NCBI GenBank assembly: GCA_043228905.1
Contig: JBHGNT010000078.1
Coordinates: forward strand, 1-64,000
DNA from: Azolla caroliniana
Taxonomy: Eukaryota; Plantae; Polypodiophyta
Length of the DNA: 64,000 bases
Reading direction: 5' to 3'
This document shows positions 62,401-64,000 of the stretch, one piece after another. Position 1 is the stretch's first letter. Each line of letters starts with the position of its first letter. The notes under the pieces are model-generated. The model saw nothing but the letters and a program-made list of their open reading frames with translations, ran no database searches and was not told the origin of the DNA. The position numbers and the translations under genes are program-made.

Positions 62401-64000
62401 ATACCTCCTCAAATTTGCTAATTTCTTCACATCTCTCGACCTGTGTTTCAAAATTATAGTTTTTCAATTCTATATCATAACTAGCGTTCTTAGCTTCGAT
62501 TCGCATGTTTGAACACAAAAATCCGATATCACACGAGCCAGGTATGAACACTTTAATTTATTGACGCGCTCTTCTCAACTCCTTCCTCAAATTTGCTAAT
62601 CTCTTCATGTCTCTGGACCTGAGTTTCAAATTCTTGATTTTCTAATTCCATAACATAGCTAGTGTTGTTAGCTTCGATTCGCATGTTTGAACACAAAAAT
62701 CCGATATCCCACAAGCCAGGCATGAACATTTTAATTTACTCACGGGGTCTCCTCCACTACCTTCTCAAATTTGCTAATTTCTTCATGTCATATCATATCT
62801 AGTGTTGTTAGCTTCGATTCGCATGTTTGAACACAAAAATCCAATATCACACGAGCCAAGTATGAACATTTTAATTTACTAACGCCCTATTCTCCAATAC
62901 CTCCTAAAAGTTGCTAATTTCTTCATGTCTCTCGACCTGTGTTTGAAAATTATAATTTTTCAATTCCATATCATAACTAGCGTTCTTAGCTTCGATTCGC
63001 ATGTTTGAACACAAAAATCCGATATCACACGAGCCAGGTATGAACATTTTAATTTACTGACGCGCTCTTCTCAACTCCTTCCTCAAATTTGCTAATTTCT
63101 TCATGTCTCTGGACCTGAGTTTCAAATTCTTGATTTTCCCATTCCATATCATAGCTAGTGTTGTTAGCTTCGATTCGCATGTTTGAACACAAAAATCCGA
63201 TATCCCACAAGCCAGGCATGAACATTTTAATTTACTCACGGGGTCTTCTCCATTACCTTCTCAAATTTGCTAATTTCTTCATGTCTTTCGACCTGAGTTT
63301 CAAAATCTTGATTTTTTAATTCCATATCATAGCTAGTGTTGTTAGCTTCCATTCGCATGTTTGAACACAAAAATCCAATATCACACGAGCCAGGCTCTTC
63401 TCTAATACCTCCTCAAATTTGCTAATTTCTTCATGTCTCTCGACCTGTGTTTGAAAATTATAATTTTTCAATTCCATATCATAACTAGCGTTCTTAGCTT
63501 CGATTCGCATGTTTGAACACAAAAATCCGATATCACACGAGCCAGGTATGAACATTTTAATTTACTGACGCGCTCTTCTCAACTCCTTCCTCAAATTTGC
63601 TAATTTCTTCATGTCTCTGGACCTGAGTTTCAAATTCTTGATTTTCCCATTCCATATCATAGCTAGTGTTGTTAGCTTCGATTCGCATGTTTGAACACAA
63701 AAATCCGATATCCCACAAGCCAGGCATGAACATTTTAATTTACTCACGGGGTCTTCTCCACTACCTTCTCAAATTTGCTAATTTCTTCATGTCTTTCGAC
63801 CTGAGTTTCAAAATCTTGATTTTTTAATTCCATATCATAGCTAGTGTTGTTAGCTTCCATTCGCATGTTTGAACACAAAAATCCAATATCACACGAGCCA
63901 GGCTCTTCTCTAATACCTCCTCAAATTTGCTAATTTCTTCATGTCTCTCGACCTGTGTTTGAAAATTATAATTTTTCAATTCTATATCATAACTAGCGTT
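50400..64000 (+). repeat. D-like subfamily domain with periods of 4643, ~3187, 2719 (16-mer) and 508 bp (3-mer)
   Basis: ORF pairs: 52766/57409 (4643); 55515/58702 and 56225/59412 (3187); 59412/62131, 60335/63054 and 60843/63562 (2719); 60335/60843 and 63054/63562 (508 = 3x178-26). Confidence 0.88.

Larger units (their letters stand above)
1..64000 (+). repeat. Tandem satellite DNA array, 178-bp monomer (~360 copies, head-to-tail); probable centromeric/pericentromeric satellite
   Basis: The monomer start ACTCA(C/A)GGG recurs at 1, 179 and 357. The core TTAGCTTCGATTCGCATGTTTGAACAC recurs about every 178 bp to the end of the window, and I saw no unique sequence. The centromeric assignment is an inference from monomer size and HOR structure only. 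Confidence 0.99.

Noticed and set aside
6953-63747. All ORFs in the six-frame track (60-124 aa; families MLASIRMFEHKNP, MSKLKCSYLARV, MFIPGSCDIGF)
   Set aside because: They are translations of the 178-bp monomer on both strands. Because 178 is not a multiple of 3, frames close after about one monomer. Longer ORFs arise only where deletions skip a stop. There is no recognisable domain or gene context, so I used them only as positional markers.
1-64000. CRISPR-like array (constant core with variable intervening sequence)
   Set aside because: The intervening sequences are homologous monomer parts rather than unique spacers, the period is 178 bp, and there are no cas genes or leader.
1-64000. 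5S rDNA, tRNA or snRNA tandem array; telomeric repeats; centromeric retrotransposon insertion
   Set aside because: I saw no recognisable RNA-gene sequence, no telomere motif runs, and no LTR, TSD or non-satellite insert.

Overview
The whole 64 kb window is one uninterrupted, head-to-tail satellite DNA array. It has a 178-bp monomer (about 360 copies, about 37% GC by hand count of the consensus), and all monomers lie in the same orientation. The consensus is approximately ACTCACGGGGTCTTCTCAACTCCTTCCTCAAATTTGCTAATTTCTTCATGTCTCTCGACCTGAGTTTCAAAATCTTGATTTTTTAATTCCATATCATAGCTAGCGTTGTTAGCTTCGATTCGCATGTTTGAACACAAAAATCCGATATCACACGAGCCAGGTATGAACATTTTAATTT. The monomer length and architecture are typical of eukaryotic centromeric or pericentromeric satellites, but I do not recognise the family or the species. 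I found no genes, RNA genes, transposons or CRISPR arrays; every ORF in the track is a translation of the monomer. The structure of interest lies inside the array. (i) Monomer subfamilies form domains: A ~1-18.2 kb, B ~18.2-23.3, C ~23.3-37.4, D ~37.4-44.0, C-like ~44.0-50.4, D-like ~50.4-64. (ii) There are many local higher-order repeats with different periods (2-, 3-, 6-, 9-, 11-, 13-, 16-, 18- and 31-mers), and their lengths equal n x 178 minus specific shared deletions. (iii) Blocks recur 4-21 kb apart. (iv) Several microhomology-flanked junctions are visible, including a 26-bp templated micro-inversion. I cannot support a new gene-based system here. The most notable signal is the readable record of how the satellite turns over.
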